A DNA stretch of 63,172 bases, counting the filler, from Olpidium bornovanus S191 (taxonomy: Eukaryota; Fungi; Olpidiomycota), in the NCBI GenBank assembly GCA_017911155.1. It is 27 parts of 27 records of this genome, joined end to end, with 100 filler letters (N's around TTAATTAATTAA, not from the genome) between each part and the next. Parts side by side here need not be neighbours in the genome. Positions count along the whole stretch, not along the records: positions 34,049 to 35,281 come from JAEFCI010006675.1; positions 35,382 to 37,571 come from JAEFCI010001145.1; positions 37,672 to 39,003 come from JAEFCI010012802.1; positions 39,104 to 44,193 come from JAEFCI010008612.1; positions 44,294 to 47,151 come from JAEFCI010011306.1; positions 47,252 to 49,694 come from JAEFCI010012212.1; 21 more parts are not named here. One strand, given 5' to 3'. The notes below the pieces were generated by a model. The model saw only the letters and a program-made list of their open reading frames with translations, had not been told where the DNA came from and made no database searches. Below are positions 34,948 to 47,414 of the stretch, piece by piece. The position numbers were made by a program, and so were the translations under genes. Positions within the stretch are counted from its first letter, which is position 1, and each line of letters opens with the position of its first letter.

Positions 34948-36557
34948 GTAGGTTCGCAGTTTTTTTTTTGCCTGCTTGTTTCCTCTGGTGGAGAGGACCG
35001 GGCGGAGCAAGGTCTTCCCCCCCCCCCCCCTCCAAACGAAGCGCCCGAGGTACATGAAGACGGCGGCGACGAGTACGAGGAGGAAGAAGTGGCTGGAGAA
35101 AAAAAAAGAGAAGGAAAAGAGGGGAGAAAGTAGGGGGGAAAAAAGAAGGAATAGAGGGCCCATGTCCCCGAACGGTCAAAAGGACATCCATTGCACCTCT
35201 TTTTCCGGAGCAAGACCGCCTTCGGCCCTTTTTGCCGGTTGTCTATTTTTTCGGTCGGGCTTGGCAGATCCGTCTTGGCCGNNNNNNNNNNNNNNNNNNN
35301 NNNNNNNNNNNNNNNNNNNNNNNNNTTAATTAATTAANNNNNNNNNNNNNNNNNNNNNNNNNNNNNNNNNNNNNNNNNNNNAGGACCGGTGGCACGAATC
35401 GATGCGCATCACAACAGTGTCCAGTCGGTATGCATTTCCCGCTTGTGCTCCGGGAAACACCGTTTTCCAAGACGTTCGGGATGATTGACGACGTGGTCCA
35501 TGCGCCTCGACCGCGCACCCTCGCGCGCTCCCCTTCGCCCCCTCCCTCCTCCCTCGAAAACACGCGCACACGCAGATGGGGGGCGCGCGCGCTCCACTCA
35601 TCTTCTTCCCCTCTGCCTCCCCCTTTCCCGCGTGTGGGTTCCTGCAGGCGCGCCACGTCCGCCACACCAACCCGCCCTTCCTCCCCCCTCCCCCCCTTCT
35701 TCCCCCACCCCTTGCCGGTGTCCGCCACGCAACCAACCGAATACCCTCCTCGTCCTCCTCCTCACCCCTCGGCCGAGAGAACCTTTCCCCGGTCAAGCGC
35801 GTTCTTTTTTTTTTGATTTTGTGACCGCTTTATGCGGGCCACGAAAGAATTTCGAACTGGTAATGACGTTCCAGCTTGACACGAGGTGGTGCGCTGCAGG
35901 ATGCGCCCTCCCGCCGGAGTCTCCGCCGCGCGCCTCTCTCTCTCTCTCCCTCTCTGCCTTTTCTCTCTCTGGCCCGCGCCTTTCTCGCCCCTCTTTCTCC
36001 CCCTTATTGCCCTTCCCCCGCAAGAAGCGCCGCCCAACAGACACATATACGCTCCCGCTCCCCGCCCGCGCCCCCCGCCTGCGCCCCGTCCGCGCCCCAC
36101 GCGCACCCCGCCGCGGGCCCCTTTCCGCGCGCCCTTCCCCCTCGCCCCCCCCCCCCCCCCTCCCCTCCCCTCCTTGGAAGAGCCAACAATCCCTCTTTCC
36201 CTCTCCCGTTTTTCTATTTCTCTGCGACGCCTCCTCGCCCGCCCTCCTCGCCCTTCTCTCCCTCTCTTCTCGTCGTCCTCGTTTCGCCGCCCCTTCCCGT
36301 CCCCCTACCGTTCCCCGACACTAGCTCCCTCCGCGTTGTAAGGCTGTGTCCCGCCACCGTGTCTGCCTTGGCAACAACGAGCTCAGCTCGTGGGACGGTC
36401 CCTGCCGGCCTCTCCGGCCCCAGACTCCGTCACCTCCAACCCCACCGGCCCCCGTCCCTCGGCGTCGTGGTGCGGCGTCGAGAGTTACGTCGCTGACGTG
36501 TTCCCCTGTCGCAGTTGGCTCCGCGGTGGCCGCCAAGCGCCCAGCTTTCTCTTGAGA

Positions 36558-37571
36558 ATGACTGCGTGCGCCGCCGCGGACCAGACGCCGCGCCCGTACG
36601 CGCCGTGGCGAGATCTGCAGAAAACAAGCCGTCCCGACCGCGCTTGCGCGAGTGTGGAAAGTGCCGTCACCCGCGCCGAGGACGGCGGCGGCGGAATCGC
36701 TGTCTGCGCTTTGGACTTTTCTCGCCGTGTCTGCACGCCGAGGAGCGCCCCGGATCCTGACGTCATCGAAGCCAGCGTCGGCGCGGCACCTCGGGACGAA
36801 GAGTCGGCAGCGGTCAGACGCCGTGTAAAAAAACCTCCAAACACCGCCCCTCCTCTTCCCCTTACAGAATATTTCGTGGCGCCGCCGTCGGTTGCCTGTT
36901 CTCGCCCAACGGCCGCGCCGGTGGATACCGGGACAGGCGTCGGGGACAGCGCCGCGCTGCCTGTCGAGGTGGTGGTGCCGCCCGTGTTGGTTACGCAGCC
37001 TGCATCGGGAGAAGTGTTCGCCGGCCCGCCCACGAACGAGGGAGACGGAGAGGACGGCCCGCCCGGGTTTGCGTCTGGCGCCGTGTCTAACCAGCCGTTA
37101 TCGATTGCTCGCTCGGGCCCGCGCTCGTCGTCAATCCCTCGCCCAAAAGACGACAACCTCCTCTGGGTGCCCGCCTACGCGCACCCCGAACTCGCGCCGG
37201 AAGAATTTGCCGACTGGCTGCGCGCCCAGGGCACCTCAGATTACCAGGAATCCGAGGAACCGACCGGCTTGAACGCCGATCTCGCGTTCGCAAACGAGAC
37301 CAACGAGGCGGCGCTCCCGCGGCGGAGGGCAATCGTCCGTCGGAAGGCGGCGCTGCGGCACTTCGCGAACCTTGAAGACGAAGACGATCTTGCCGAACTA
37401 TTTCCGTCCTCGAACGCGCAGGGCCCGACCGATGCAGACGGCACCACAGCAGTAGGCATGGATGTAGAGGTCGCTGGGGCCGCAGTCGCACTGAAGCACA
37501 AATTGAGTATCAAGCTATCGGCGATCGCTGGTATGTCCACATGGACGGGTAGTTACTATTCGGCAGCCATG
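36558..37571 (+). CDS. ZDS1: Zds1/Zds2-like PP2A-Cdc55 regulator, N-terminal part
   Basis: NLLWVPAYAHPELAPEEFADWL matches the conserved fungal Zds N-terminal box (L.WVPA..HP...P.EF). The diagnostic Zds_C domain is not in this contig. Confidence 0.62.
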
Positions 37572-37671
37572 NNNNNNNNNNNNNNNNNNNNNNNNNNNNN
37601 NNNNNNNNNNNNNNNTTAATTAATTAANNNNNNNNNNNNNNNNNNNNNNNNNNNNNNNNNNNNNNNNNNNN

Positions 37672-38150
37672 CATGATGCAGTCTGGCAGTCGATCACGAC
37701 TTTGCTTTGATGCACAACGGTTTGTCGATGCGGGCAGTCGATCGCTCGTCGACGGCGATCGACTCGACGGGGGAACAGAAGCACTTGGAGGCGAAATTTC
37801 CCCCACGCCCTCTCGACGCCAAAGTGCGTAGAAACAGGCGTCCGCGGAAAGACAAATATACCAGCGCTCGATGTAGTTATTGTGTATTGTGAGGTTCCAT
37901 CGATTCGCCGATTGTTTGAAGCCGTGCAAACACATCCGAAACTGACAGACGTGGTTGGGATGATTGGGATCGATGTACCCTTCGGGTTGGGATGCATAGA
38001 GCTCATAGTCGATGGGTGAATGGAGAAAAGCGACTGGCACATCGGTTTGGTACAGGTTCCAGCCGTAGTGGGCTGCCAGCGCGATGCTCAGGCGCATTGA
38101 CGAGGAGGAAAGTACGGGAGCGTACGTGTCGTCATAGTCCTGGCCGAGTA
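37672..38150 (-). mobile_element. Degenerate Ty1/copia reverse transcriptase (RVT_2)
   Basis: GQDYDDTYAPV...MRLSIALAAHYGWNLYQTDVPVAFLHSPIDYELYASQPEGY...LHGFKQSANRWN. Confidence 0.9.
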
Positions 38151-39712
38151 GGCGTACAGAAGAAGCTTTCCGTAGCAGGAGGGAAAGGGGAAAGGGGAAA
38201 GGGGAAATGGGAAGAGGATTCCCGGGGGAGGAGGAGGGAAGGGGGGAAGGGCGTGCCCACCGGCCGGGTTGGGCGGCGGGGAAAAGTGCGCGATGAGTGG
38301 CGCGAGAGGGCCGGGAGCGATGGTGAGTGCGCGCGCGCGCGCGTACCGCCGGCGAGCGAGCGAGACTGTTTCCGGGTCCCTGCCGTTTATCCTGGCCGCG
38401 TTCACTGACGAAGCTGCCAGGAAGAGGTTCTCGAGAGTCTGCTGGCCCGAGGCGTCGGGCATCTTCTTCCGCAACGGCGAAAAAATTGCAGAATTCCCGG
38501 CCGACGAAAAATGTGGAGGCGGTCCAGGAGATCGACGAAGAGGACGATCCAAAATTCTGAGGTGGAGTTCGGTCAGAAAACGTTTACCAACGTTGATAAT
38601 GCTGACGTCCTTGCGGCGCTTCTGGAAACACGAGATGATGAAGCGCTGGGATATTTCGCGTTTCCTGATCAGAGGTTATACGAGACAGTGGCCAGGATGT
38701 GCAGTGAATTTGCGTGTAGCTAATCGAAATAATCCTTTACAGGCCTCCGTCACAAGTTTCCGAATCAATCAGCAAAAAAGAAAGTAGATCATTGTTTTTT
38801 GTTTTTAACTGGTAGGTTAGCGTCGTACAGGACTTACCATTCTTTTGCGATTGCACCGTCACCAATACAGTTTCTGAGAATCATTGAGGGGCGCCGCCCC
38901 TAGCCACGGAGGCTTTTCCCTGCCAAGCCGATCCCGGAATTCAGCTTTACAAAAAAAACTTCGCGGGAAAACGGGTGTTTGGCGGGAAACACCGCAGCCC
39001 ATGNNNNNNNNNNNNNNNNNNNNNNNNNNNNNNNNNNNNNNNNNNNNTTAATTAATTAANNNNNNNNNNNNNNNNNNNNNNNNNNNNNNNNNNNNNNNNN
39101 NNNACATGGTCGTCTCCGAGCGCAATTGATTGAGATGTTGGGATTGTAACGAGCGAAAAACGTAATCTGCGCGTAGCGCTATCTGGAGATTAATTGTATT
39201 TGCCATCTGGCTCTGGATCTGGAGATTGGGTCTGGAGTACGTTAAGTACGGGATTCTGGAGTACGGAATTCTGGAAATATCTTGGGAAATCCTCTGTAGC
39301 TCTAAAGGTATGTGCTATATGTGCTTTATATAGGCGCAGCTGCCATGGTCGGCATCGTAGTGGATATGTGGTGTGTGTGTGCGCAGTGCCACGCGTATCG
39401 ATGCGCAATATTCGGTGCGCAATATCCGGTGCGCAATATGTGGTACACAATATCTGGTATAGCAGCTCCGGCACTGGCATTGGGCTCAGAAATATCACGG
39501 GAGCGCGGTGGAAATTCACCGCGGGCTCGGAAATACTCCAACGGCCACAGCGTGGTGGAAATTTGCCGATATTACGGCTCGGGCGCCACAACATTGGTGA
39601 GCCCACGCCTGGGGAGCCCACACCTGGTGAGCGCACGCACACTGCGGGCACCACCACACTGGCGGGCCCGAACACACACCGTTCTTGATCTTGAACTAGG
39701 TCTGGGGGTGGG

Positions 39713-41829
39713 TCAGGTGACATCGCAACTAGACATACTGCTGTGTCTAGTGGTCTCGGCAATTCTTGGGTCACTTGACCGCTGCTCGGCAGGCTGTCCC
39801 CGAGAGGGGCTTGACGCAGCCTGAGGGGTTTGACACCACCGTAGCGGGCGCGCCGTGACAGGGATGGTGTCCGTGAGGTATTGGTTGTTGCGAACCATAT
39901 GGTCTGTAGCGCCGGAATCGATCAGGAAGCGTTCGCCGGCTGATGCCGCCACATTCACGAGAGCTGGCGAGTGGTTGGCTTCAGCTGTCTCCACCGCTGC
40001 CGGCACGGCTGCGGATCTCCTCTGTTGACATTCCTTCACAATCGGGCAGTCTCGATAGCAATGGTTGCCTTGTTGGCAGATGTCGCATGGGTATGCCGCA
40101 GCCTTCTCGTTGCCTGCAGTGTTGTTGCACCCTCTGCCTGCATCATTGGTGCACCCTCTGCCTCCACAGCCTCTACCGCTGGGACCGCAACGTCCGTGTC
40201 CTCGGCCACGGTTGCCACTTGCTGAGTTGGCTTGAGATGACGGTTCTGATCGCTTCTGCGGGCGGCGGCAGTGCATTCCGGCGGCCTCTTGTGTCGAGTC
40301 GAGGTCTTCACGGGCGGTTGCGTCGGCGAGTACGAGGTCTTTGATTCGACCATGGAGATTCTCAAAATATTGATCCAGGATCATGCTATCACTTACATCC
40401 TCGACAAAAAGTGCAAGGCGGTTAAATGCACTGTTGATGTTCTTCACAGAATCAAAGTCTCTCAATTTGCATGCACAGAGAGCTCGCCATGCTTCCTTGC
40501 GTGCCTACGTCGACTTCCACGGCGTCGCTGATATTCGTGGCACTGAAATAATTGTCGACTTTGAGGATGAATGTTTCCAGTTTCGAAATGCCTCCACTGC
40601 CACCATACTTCGGTATGTCGTTGAGGAGGCTCTTGAGCGCGTCTGTCATGGAACGAGTACTGCGCCCTCCGGGTCGTGACCAAGAGGTGGAGCGAGAACT
40701 GGAACGAGAGTATGAACGGCGGCCTCGGTGATGGTCGTGGTCGTTTCGTTGCAATCTTCTGTCGGGTTCACAGACTGTGAGACTTTGGAGAATGGTAGGT
40801 AGTATCGCCGCGACAATTTGTTGAAGTGCGGCAGCGTCGATCGGAGCGCTGGGGCGTTTTTGGTCTTGGTCATTGCTGCCGCTTGCGTCATTATTATTGT
40901 CAGTGATGAGTCCGCACGTGCCGCTGGCACGTGCTTTCTCCTAAATCTGCTGCTGGAGGTGTTCGTTTTCGGTTTCTCCCTCTCGTCTGAGGGGAGGAGG
41001 TGAACGTCCAAGTGGCATGGTGGTGGAAAAGGAGCAAGTACGAGAATATAGTGAACGACTAAACGTCGTAACTTCGTATTTAGCAAATGTTCACTCTTTG
41101 GCACGAGACAGCACTGGCCGGCCGCCCCGTGTCCTTCGCAAAGGATGACGGGCCTAAAGGGGTCTTGCCTTTTGGGTTTGATTTTCCGCGACGGCGCGGG
41201 TCGTTCGGCGGCGAGCGCGGTCGACGGCCGAGGCTGTGAGTCCTCACGCGTCACGGACGGCGCGCTGCGGCGGCGGCGGGCCGCGGACGGCGGAGCGCAG
41301 GGGCGGCGAGCTGCGGCGGCGGCGGAGGCCTCTCCGGGATGACGGGGAGGCGGTGGACTCTCTCCGGGATGGCGGGGGAAGCGGTGGTGGCTGCGCGGTC
41401 AGCAGAGCATTGGGCTGCGGCGGCGGCGGAGGCGGTGAGTCCTCACGCGTCGCGGATGGCGCTGCGGTGGCGGCTGCGGCGATGGCGCAGCGGCGGCGGC
41501 GGAGCGGCGGCGGAGGCGGAGGCGGTGAGTCCTCACGTGTCGCGCACGTGTCGCGGGCGGCGGCTGAGATGGCGCAGCGGCGGCGGCGGAGCGCGCGGCG
41601 GGCGCGCGGCGGTTGCGCGGCGGTGGGCGCGCGGCAGAGATGGCGCAGCGGCGGCGGCGGAGCAGCGGCTGCGGCGATGACAGGGAGGCGGTGAGTCCTC
41701 AACGGGATGACGGGGGAGACGCGGTGAGTCCTCTCCGGGATGACGGCGGGAGGCGGTGAATTCTCACGCGTCTCGGACGGTGCGGCGGCGGCGGAGGGCG
41801 GCCGTCAGAGTCCGTTTGGGCTCATAACC
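39713..41829 (-). mobile_element. Internally deleted LTR retrotransposon: PBS (41818-41829), repeat-rich leader, gag with CCHC knuckle, protease start
   Basis: GGTTATGAGCCC; DIPKYGGSGGISKLETFILKVDNYF; FNRLALFVEDVSDSMILDQYFENL; CDICQQGNHCYRDC; FLIDSGATDHMV. Frameshifted, with no integrase or RT downstream. Confidence 0.75.
41230..41780. repeat. GC-rich degenerate array of GCGGTGAGTCCTC motifs (about 6-7 copies)
   Basis: Copies near 41236, 41352, 41433, 41523, 41690, 41722 and 41754. On the minus strand several read as TRE(D/N)SPPP. Confidence 0.8.
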
Positions 41830-42359
41830 AGTCAAAAGAAATTCGCGTAACGTTTCCGTTCGTGCCTCAAACGTGAATAAGTTCCCGCCCTCGGGGCTCC
41901 CTCTCCGCCCTTGAGACACAAACAAAAAACTAGGTATATCACAACGTTATCAGCACCAGAGCTCGCCGATGCGCTTCCCGCGAAACCCGTCTCCGGCAAC
42001 CGCGGGCATAACGAGGCACGCGGCGCTTGACCGTTCCTCTCCGCGCTCGCTGCACCTCGCCGTCGCCGTCTTGCGTTCCCGGCCCTCTCGAGTCTTTCGC
42101 CGCCAAACCGCCCCGCAGTCGCCACCTGCGCTTCGCGCGCAGTTGACGTTTCTCGCTCCGCCTCGCCGTCGCGCCTTCGCCGCGCGCCTTCTCCGCCGAG
42201 ACCCGCGAGCCCGCCGAAAGAGGCTGCAAAGGGCGTTGTCACCGACGGTCAACAACAAAACGGACACCGAGGGGCCCAGCTTTTGCGTGCCATCTATGGA
42301 CTGAAACAGTCCGGCCGCACGTGGTACCATCGCCTTCGTGTTTACCTGGTATACACAAC

Positions 42360-42565
42360 GGATATCAGAATGATTAGATAATTCCTTGCTTAATTATTGA
42401 AGCTGCTAAAGGATGCTTCGTAATCATTGCCGTATATGTTGATGATCTTAATCTCTTTGGTCATGGTAATCTGATTAACGAAGCAGAAGTTCATCCTCGA
42501 ACTGGAATTTGAAATGAAAAAACTCGGATGAACGGCGTTCTGCGTGGGTTTTCAAGTTGAGCACT
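42360..42565 (+). mobile_element. Small Ty1/copia RT remnant with the catalytic YVDD
   Basis: GCFVIIAVYVDDLNLFG, then after a frameshift EFEMKKLG*TAFCVGFQVEHL. Confidence 0.85.
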
Positions 42566-43125
42566 TGGCCCGGCTTAGTTTAATATCTCTGTTGTATTGT
42601 GCGATATTAGAAGTTTTTAACACGCGGACGCCCAGCGGACGAGAAACCAATAACTCTAACAGGGTGACCATGATTTCACTCGGCGAGGAGTGTTGTAATT
42701 GCGGCTCGTGGGCTGTACGCACTGTACACACACATGGCGTGTAAGCATGGCGAAGTTAGATATAAGAAACTGCTCCAAGCCAATCCCGGAAACATACAGA
42801 AACAGACTTGTTCCCATAGCTTGGTAGCTTCCAACTTCAGAATTGGGCCATCGATACCACCGTCCAAGCGTATCCGAAAACCTGAGCAGAGGACTGCCAA
42901 TCCAAAGGTTTGTTGCTCACCATCAGGGTGGGAAGGGGAAGAGGAGCAATTTGGGCTTCTTTGCTTACGTTTTCTTCCTTTCTTTCTTCCCTCGGCCTTT
43001 CCCCACTCTTCCCCCCATACCACCGGTTTTCAGAAATTTTCGCAGCGTTTCGTCCGAACCAAATGGCCGGCCGGTCTATTTCCAATTTTCTCCCCAAACT
43101 TCAAAAAACAAAGGAAAAAAAACCG

Positions 43126-44193
43126 CTACTTTGGCCTGTGAACGGAATCTGCTGGTGTTTCTTCCGCCTTGCTGAGATCCTGACACATCTTTTTGGCATA
43201 CGCCTGATTTGCAAAAAGGCCCCGGAAAATTTTGAAGACGTGCAGATGTGCGGGGGAAGGGGATGGGGGGAGGGAAGAAAGCGAGAAAGAGAGGGGGGAA
43301 AGCCGGGGGCATCAGCCTTATATTGCGTCCGCCCAGGTGGCTTCACGCCCACACCTCCCCCCCCCCAAAAAAAAAATAAAATAAAATAAAATAAAATAAA
43401 ACAAAACAAAAAGCATAAATGTCGCCTTTTTCGCCCCTTCCCCCCCCCCCCCCCCCCACCCTTCCATTTTGCGTAGAAACGGACCTTGTACTTGACATAC
43501 GGGAACGTCGGGGCCACCCCAATTTGCTCTTTTGGCAGCGCCCACTCGAGCAAAGTCCAGACAAGGTAATCCACCGCGCAGAGGATGCAAAAGAGCTTGC
43601 CGGCCCAGGACCCGCAGCCAAAGTAGCGCCGCAGGCGCTCGATTAGGGGCGGGGCCATGATCCCCGAGATGGCGTAGTACACCTGTCGAGAAGGGAAAAG
43701 CCGCCGACAAAATTTTTTTTACTTCCCGAGTTCATGTTCGCCTACAATCCTTTTACGTGGCGAATGGAATGGACGACGACCGGCTTCAGGAGAGAGAAAA
43801 GAGCCCAGACTTCTGGCTCCGCGCTCTCCCCCTCCACTCCCCCCCCCCCCCGGATGCAGCCAGGGCCTGAACCTGCGCGTGTCGCTACAACCAACCTGTT
43901 CGGTGCGTTCCGCGACGTTGCTCCAGGTGTACATGTCCTTGACTTCGTCGTGTATTCGCTGCGGCTCTATGCCGCCGGCGTCCACGCGCTCGATGGCTCG
44001 CCCAACAGCGACCAAAAGGTCTTAGGCTTCGTCCCGTCAGTCCAGTTTTTGCGGCGGCACTTCGTACGCTTCCCCGCGGGGCACAGAACCGGCGTCGAGA
44101 TGCGCCCTACCGTTCTCTTCCGCCTGCGCAAAAATTATCCTGTTCTCCGGCAGCACTTCGGGGACGCCTCCTACTTTCGTGCTCACGATCATG
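43126..44193 (-). CDS. GPI3: GPI-GlcNAc transferase catalytic subunit PIG-A/Gpi3 (3' exons)
   Basis: IVSTKVGGVPEVLP; IHDEVKDMYTWSNVAERTEQV; LIERLRRYFGCGSWAGKLF...LLEWALP; last exon ends HRPK* at 43126. Confidence 0.93.
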
Positions 44194-44293
44194 NNNNNNN
44201 NNNNNNNNNNNNNNNNNNNNNNNNNNNNNNNNNNNNNTTAATTAATTAANNNNNNNNNNNNNNNNNNNNNNNNNNNNNNNNNNNNNNNNNNNN

Positions 44294-45112
44294 CATGAGT
44301 AGATCGTGTCAAAAGTCCCTGAAGCGACAAGCGAGCAGGATGTCAAAAGCGCGAGACTCGAGAATCGTCGGGCAGGAGGTTTTCGCATGGCCGTCCCAAG
44401 CCGTTGGGCCAGGAGGTGTAGCGGTCGCAGATAGCCTCCAACCTCCGCAGTTTCGCCTGCGCCGCGACTGCTAGCTGCATGTCGACCGTAGTCTGTGCGG
44501 GATCGAAGTATCTCGGCGCAAACGTCCGAAAGGTGCTTCCACCACCTGCACTCGTATTTCGGAAAGCCACTGCACACGCTCCTAAGCAAGTCCTTGTCCA
44601 CGCGTCGGTGTGTGGTGCTGAATGTGAAAGATGGCTGTCGGAGCCGTCGTCAGAGGTTTCGCTCGCACGCGTCATAAGGGCGTGGGCAGGCAGTCCCGTT
44701 CCGCCGGGAAGTCCCGGGCGATTCTGTGCATAACCATGCTCAACAAGGTGCTGGTGCCAGGCCTGTGTGCGGTCTCAGCTACACTTTGATTCTGTCAGTC
44801 TTCGCTGCGATTTGCGCACACGAAAACTGTTTCTAGCATGGCTGACTGAGTTTGGATCCTGATAATATTGCCGTCATCGTAAGAAACACGGTTTACACGT
44901 CGCCAGTGTCCCGGACGTTCATATCCCGTGTGTCTTCTAGAAAGTTCATCCTGGTCATAGACACCTTCTGACTTGTGAGTGACGGGGAAGCACCCTTGGA
45001 AGTCTGTAAGGGCGGACCTTGGCAGGCGTGGCTGGGGTGCCGGCCCTCTCAAGGGGTTCTGTGATGTCGAGCCCGAACCCCGACGTCGGCGTCCGACGTC
45101 CCGGTCTGCCAC
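44294..45112 (-). CDS. Possible fragment of an unidentified multi-exon gene
   Basis: Protein-like frame MDKDLLRSVCSGFPKYECRWWKHLSDVCAEILRSRT...LHLLAQRLG runs to the contig edge. I could not resolve the exon chain. Confidence 0.3.
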
Positions 45113-45906
45113 GCCAGCTCGCGCGGGCGCAGCCGAGGGGTTGTCAGGCCAGAAAAACGCGTACGTGTCGTCCCGCTGCTCGGGACGACGGCCTTTTGAC
45201 TAAAGGGGCTCCTCGCGGATACCTCTCGCATGAGTACTGCTTCAACAAACGAAGTCATCTTCGGTTGAAGCGCGAACCTTCTTGGAGCGTGTCCTGCGGC
45301 CCACGGTTCTCCTTTTAGGGAATGAACGCCCTAGAAATGCCCTTGTTTCGACCACTGGGGCATGTAGCCCACGTGAACAAACAACGTCAAAAATAACCAA
45401 ACCCCGTTATCCGTCACCTGATGAGGGTTCAGCCTGTTGGGAGTGATTTTGGCACGTCTGCGCGTCAGTTTCCGTCATTTCTTTTCAGTCTCTTTTGGCT
45501 CGGATGATGAACTTCTGCCGAGTTTTCGGGTAACTTGGAGGGTCCTGGTGCGTGCGCCGCAGCCGAAAAGCTCTCGGGGAAGAGGCGTTCGCGGAGGGCG
45601 GAGTCGTGGGCCGGAATGGCCGGAAAACAGCAACGCTTGACTTCTCCGGGCGAGATCTGAAACGGCGAGACGGGGTGTCGTCGTCGCGCAGAAGTTGGCC
45701 AAATCCGCCCTTGCGGTCGACATAGTAGAAGTTCTGTTTCGTGGCGTCCGTCCCGGCGGCGCGGGGAGGAAAGAGGGAACGGGGGAGTGAGCGGGGCTCG
45801 CTCACCCGGTGGTCACCTCCCCCGCGCGCCGTCTGCGAAACCCCGGCGGAGGCCGGATGCGGAGAGGAACCTGCCCGGACAAGGCAGGAACCAAAAAGAA
45901 AAAAAC

Positions 45907-47151
45907 ATGTCACCCCTTCGCGCCGCCGTCCGCCTGGCGCCAACTAAGACCTGCTCGCCGCTGCGCGGCGGAGGAGGCGCCGTTTCCGCCGTCAAAGGTA
46001 CGTTCCGTTTTGGGTTTTCCCGGTGGCCAAACCCGGAAGAAAACGAACCGAGGGGTGGGAAAAAAAAAATGGACGGGGATGAAAGAACGGCCAACGTTGG
46101 CGGAACGCCGGCCTTCATTCCCACCTCGCCGGCTGTCTCCAACCCCGGAGGCCGCCATATTGCCTGACGGCAGCCGGTGTGACGGTCACCCGTTTTTCTT
46201 TTCGAGCGCCAGCTTTCGGCGCGATAACGCCGAAGCCCGCGCCGCTGTGCACCGCGTGCATTGAGTCGCTGTTCAGCGGAACCATCAGGAGTCGAGTCCG
46301 CCGGTACTCTTCCACGGCGGCCGCAGCAGCACAGGCAGCGGAAGCAGCGGAAGCAGCAGCAGCGCCCGTCTTAATAAAGACGGCAGCGGCGGAACCGACG
46401 GCGGGCAAGCGGCGCTACTCGAGCGTGCCGGACGTCGGGCGCCACTTCGATACCAACGCCTTTGTCGCCCGGTTAGAGGCGCAGTCTTTCACCCGCGAGC
46501 AGGCGGAGGTGCTGGTCGCCTCTCTGAGCGACGTCATTTCGGACAGGTTGGTTTCGGCTTTGAGCGGGGCGCAGTCGCCGTTGATGAAAATGCTGATCGA
46601 CGGCGGGGAGAACACGTCGTATACGCACGGTAACCCCCCCCCCCCACACACACACACACACACCCTTCCGCCCATCCCAGCGTGCAACACATGATTAAAA
46701 ACGTCGCGACGAAAGCAGAGCAGGAGAAAGTGAGTGTTGCAGTCGATTACGAGGCAGGCCAGTAAAGGCCGCCGGATGTGTGAGACAGAGGCGACGGCCA
46801 AGCATTGGGCAAAGGAGAAACTGTCATTGCCTAATAACGCGGCAATTACTTCTGTCGCCAGACAGTCTACACGTACAAAGTCGATTTTGCGGCTCTGAAG
46901 GGGTGCGTTGCCACGGGTCCGCTGCGTATTTTAATTCGGTTCGGTTTATCTCTTGCTCATGCTACAAACGGCCTTTGTCCCGCGCACAGAGAGATCCAGA
47001 GTGCGTGTAATAGGCGGCAGCGTTCAAAACTTTATGCGACTTTGCTCCGTTGAGCTTGACGACTGTCGCGGGCGTGGAATCCCGCCAGCTTTAAGGCTGA
47101 CGGGTGCATTTTCTTTTTCTGTTAGTGCAAGAGAAAAACGAGTACGCCATG
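45907..47151 (+). CDS. Mitochondrial DUF1640/CCDC90-MCUR1 (Fmp32/Put6-like) protein, 3' truncated
   Basis: Exons 45907-45997, 46174-46546, 46681-46729, 46862-46902, 46990-47000 and 47126-47151 splice in frame to HFDTNAFVARLEAQSFTREQAE...SVQHMIKNVATKAEQEKTVYTYKVDFAALKGEIQMQEKNEYAM. Confidence 0.88.
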
Positions 47152-47270
47152 NNNNNNNNNNNNNNNNNNNNNNNNNNNNNNNNNNNNNNNNNNNNTTAAT
47201 TAATTAANNNNNNNNNNNNNNNNNNNNNNNNNNNNNNNNNNNNNNNNNNNNACCCCCCCCCCCCCACCCG

Positions 47271-47336
<66 letters not shown>

Positions 47337-47414
47337 AAAGAATAGACACGATAATCGGCCGCGGGCGAGGATTCCGAAAAACATCTGCGCCCGCCCGCCC
47401 GCCTTGCCCTGCCG

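Noticed and set aside
38420-38790. Overlapping protein-like frames on both strands
   Set aside because: I could not choose a strand or frame, and no motif was recognised.
41818-41829. GGGCTCATAACC as part of a tRNA-iMet gene (also 56940 and 20660)
   Set aside because: No D-arm, T-arm or acceptor stem in the flanks. The context (LTR end, gag start) fits a primer-binding site.
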